Notes under the pieces: generated by a model | Databases searched by the model: none | What the model saw: only the letters and a program-made list of their open reading frames with translations | What the model was told of the DNA's origin: nothing | Shown here: positions 43,896-44,467 of the stretch, one piece after another | How positions within the stretch are numbered: position 1 is the stretch's first letter | How the letters are laid out: each line of letters starts with the position of its first letter | Origin: Candidatus Kaiserbacteria bacterium CG10_big_fil_rev_8_21_14_0_10_49_17 | GTDB taxonomy: Bacteria > Patescibacteriota > Minisyncoccia > Phycocordibacterales > JABMNX01 | DNA: 44,467 nt | NCBI GenBank assembly: GCA_002778575.1 | Contig: PFBJ01000004.1 | Span: 2,084-46,550, forward strand | Direction of reading: 5' to 3' | Position numbers and translations under genes: made by a program

Positions 43896-43923
43896 TTGAC
43901 ATTTTTGAATATTTTACTATACT
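43896..43923 (+). promoter_or_regulatory. sigma70-type promoter
   Basis: TTGACA-16 nt-TATACT. Confidence 0.65.
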
Positions 43924-43955
43924 TCGTGTAGTCAATTTAACCATGGAGGGCAGAG

Positions 43956-44156
43956 ATGCTCGACCCCTCAGCTATTCTCCCGACCGAGGAGCGTTGCGAG
44001 GAGTTGCTCGCAATCTACGAGGAGCACTTCCTCAACGCTCCGATCCCGTCCGGTCCGCCGAAACCGCCGCCTCCCCCGCCAAAGACCCGCGCACCACGCG
44101 GGTCTTCTCTTTTATATTTTTTGTATTTTTGCCGAATTCCCCGTATTATTCCTTTC
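43956..44156 (+). other. SD-led Pro-rich short ORF with no stop before the terminator, in frame with thrS
   Basis: GGAGG then ATG 43956: [45 protein letters not shown]...; 201 nt to the thrS ATG with no in-frame stop. Confidence 0.45.
44082..44122 (+). terminator. Intrinsic terminator upstream of thrS
   Basis: AAGACCCGCG-cacca-CGCGGGTCTT followed by a T-rich tract. Confidence 0.7.
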
Positions 44157-44467
44157 ATGGAGAATGAACACGAACACAATGAAATGAAAGAGCAAGACCA
44201 CAAAAAGCTTGGTCCGCAGCTTGACCTTTTTTATATTGATCCAGTCGTCGGCAAAGGGCTCCCAATGTTCTTGCCAAAAGGCGCAACAATACGCCGCGAA
44301 CTTGAGCGCTTCATAGTAGACGAAGAAATTCGACGTGGGTACCAACACGTCTATACGCCAGATATTGCAAAACTCGACCTCTATCGAAAATCTGGTCACT
44401 ACCCGCACTACAAAGACTCAATGTACGCACCGATTGTAATCGACGACGAGGAGTTTATGCTCCGCCG
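44157..44467 (+). CDS. thrS: Threonine--tRNA ligase, partial (runs off the window)
   Basis: Manual translation [25 protein letters not shown]...[17 protein letters not shown]...GYQHVYTP...[12 protein letters not shown]...EEFMLRP; TATTAT 7 nt upstream. Confidence 0.9.
   Translation, partial: MENEHEHNEMKEQDHKKLGPQLDLFYIDPVVGKGLPMFLPKGATIRRELERFIVDEEIRRGYQHVYTPDIAKLDLYRKSGHYPHYKDSMYAPIVIDDEEFMLR

Noticed and set aside
1-44467. Recoded TGA (genetic code 25) or a prophage
   Set aside because: Core genes translate full length under code 11 with TGA used as a stop (e.g. trmD, nusB); no phage structural, integrase or terminase genes were recognised.

Overview
Chromosomal segment that looks like a Patescibacteria/CPR (Parcubacteria-like) bacterium. 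This is inferred from a short hinge-less Smc, a NusB-Nudix fusion, an editing-less ThrRS and near-leaderless core genes; standard code 11 fits. The right two-thirds is core information-processing DNA: hisS, uppP, a DsbA-like gene, rpoB-rpoC-dnaG-rpoD, rpsP-khpA-trmD, rnr, rpmF-nusB-rnc-smc, rnhB, dnaE and the 5' end of thrS. The left ~14 kb is accessory. Its best candidate for an undescribed system is a cluster around a small exported peptide with YYSQGN hexad repeats and a Gly/Asp tail. The peptide is flanked by a vitamin-K-dependent gamma-carboxylase (HTTM/VKGC)-like membrane enzyme, a PaaK-like adenylating ligase, a SAM methyltransferase, a DegT aminotransferase, an AstA-like acyltransferase, a TPR protein and a membrane-anchored YVTN propeller, with a VKOR-like gene nearby. 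Non-coding observations are two families of small palindromic/hairpin elements, a split between near-leaderless core genes and SD-led stand-alone cassettes, and a candidate sRNA between rnc and smc. All family calls come from motif recognition by eye; no searches were run.
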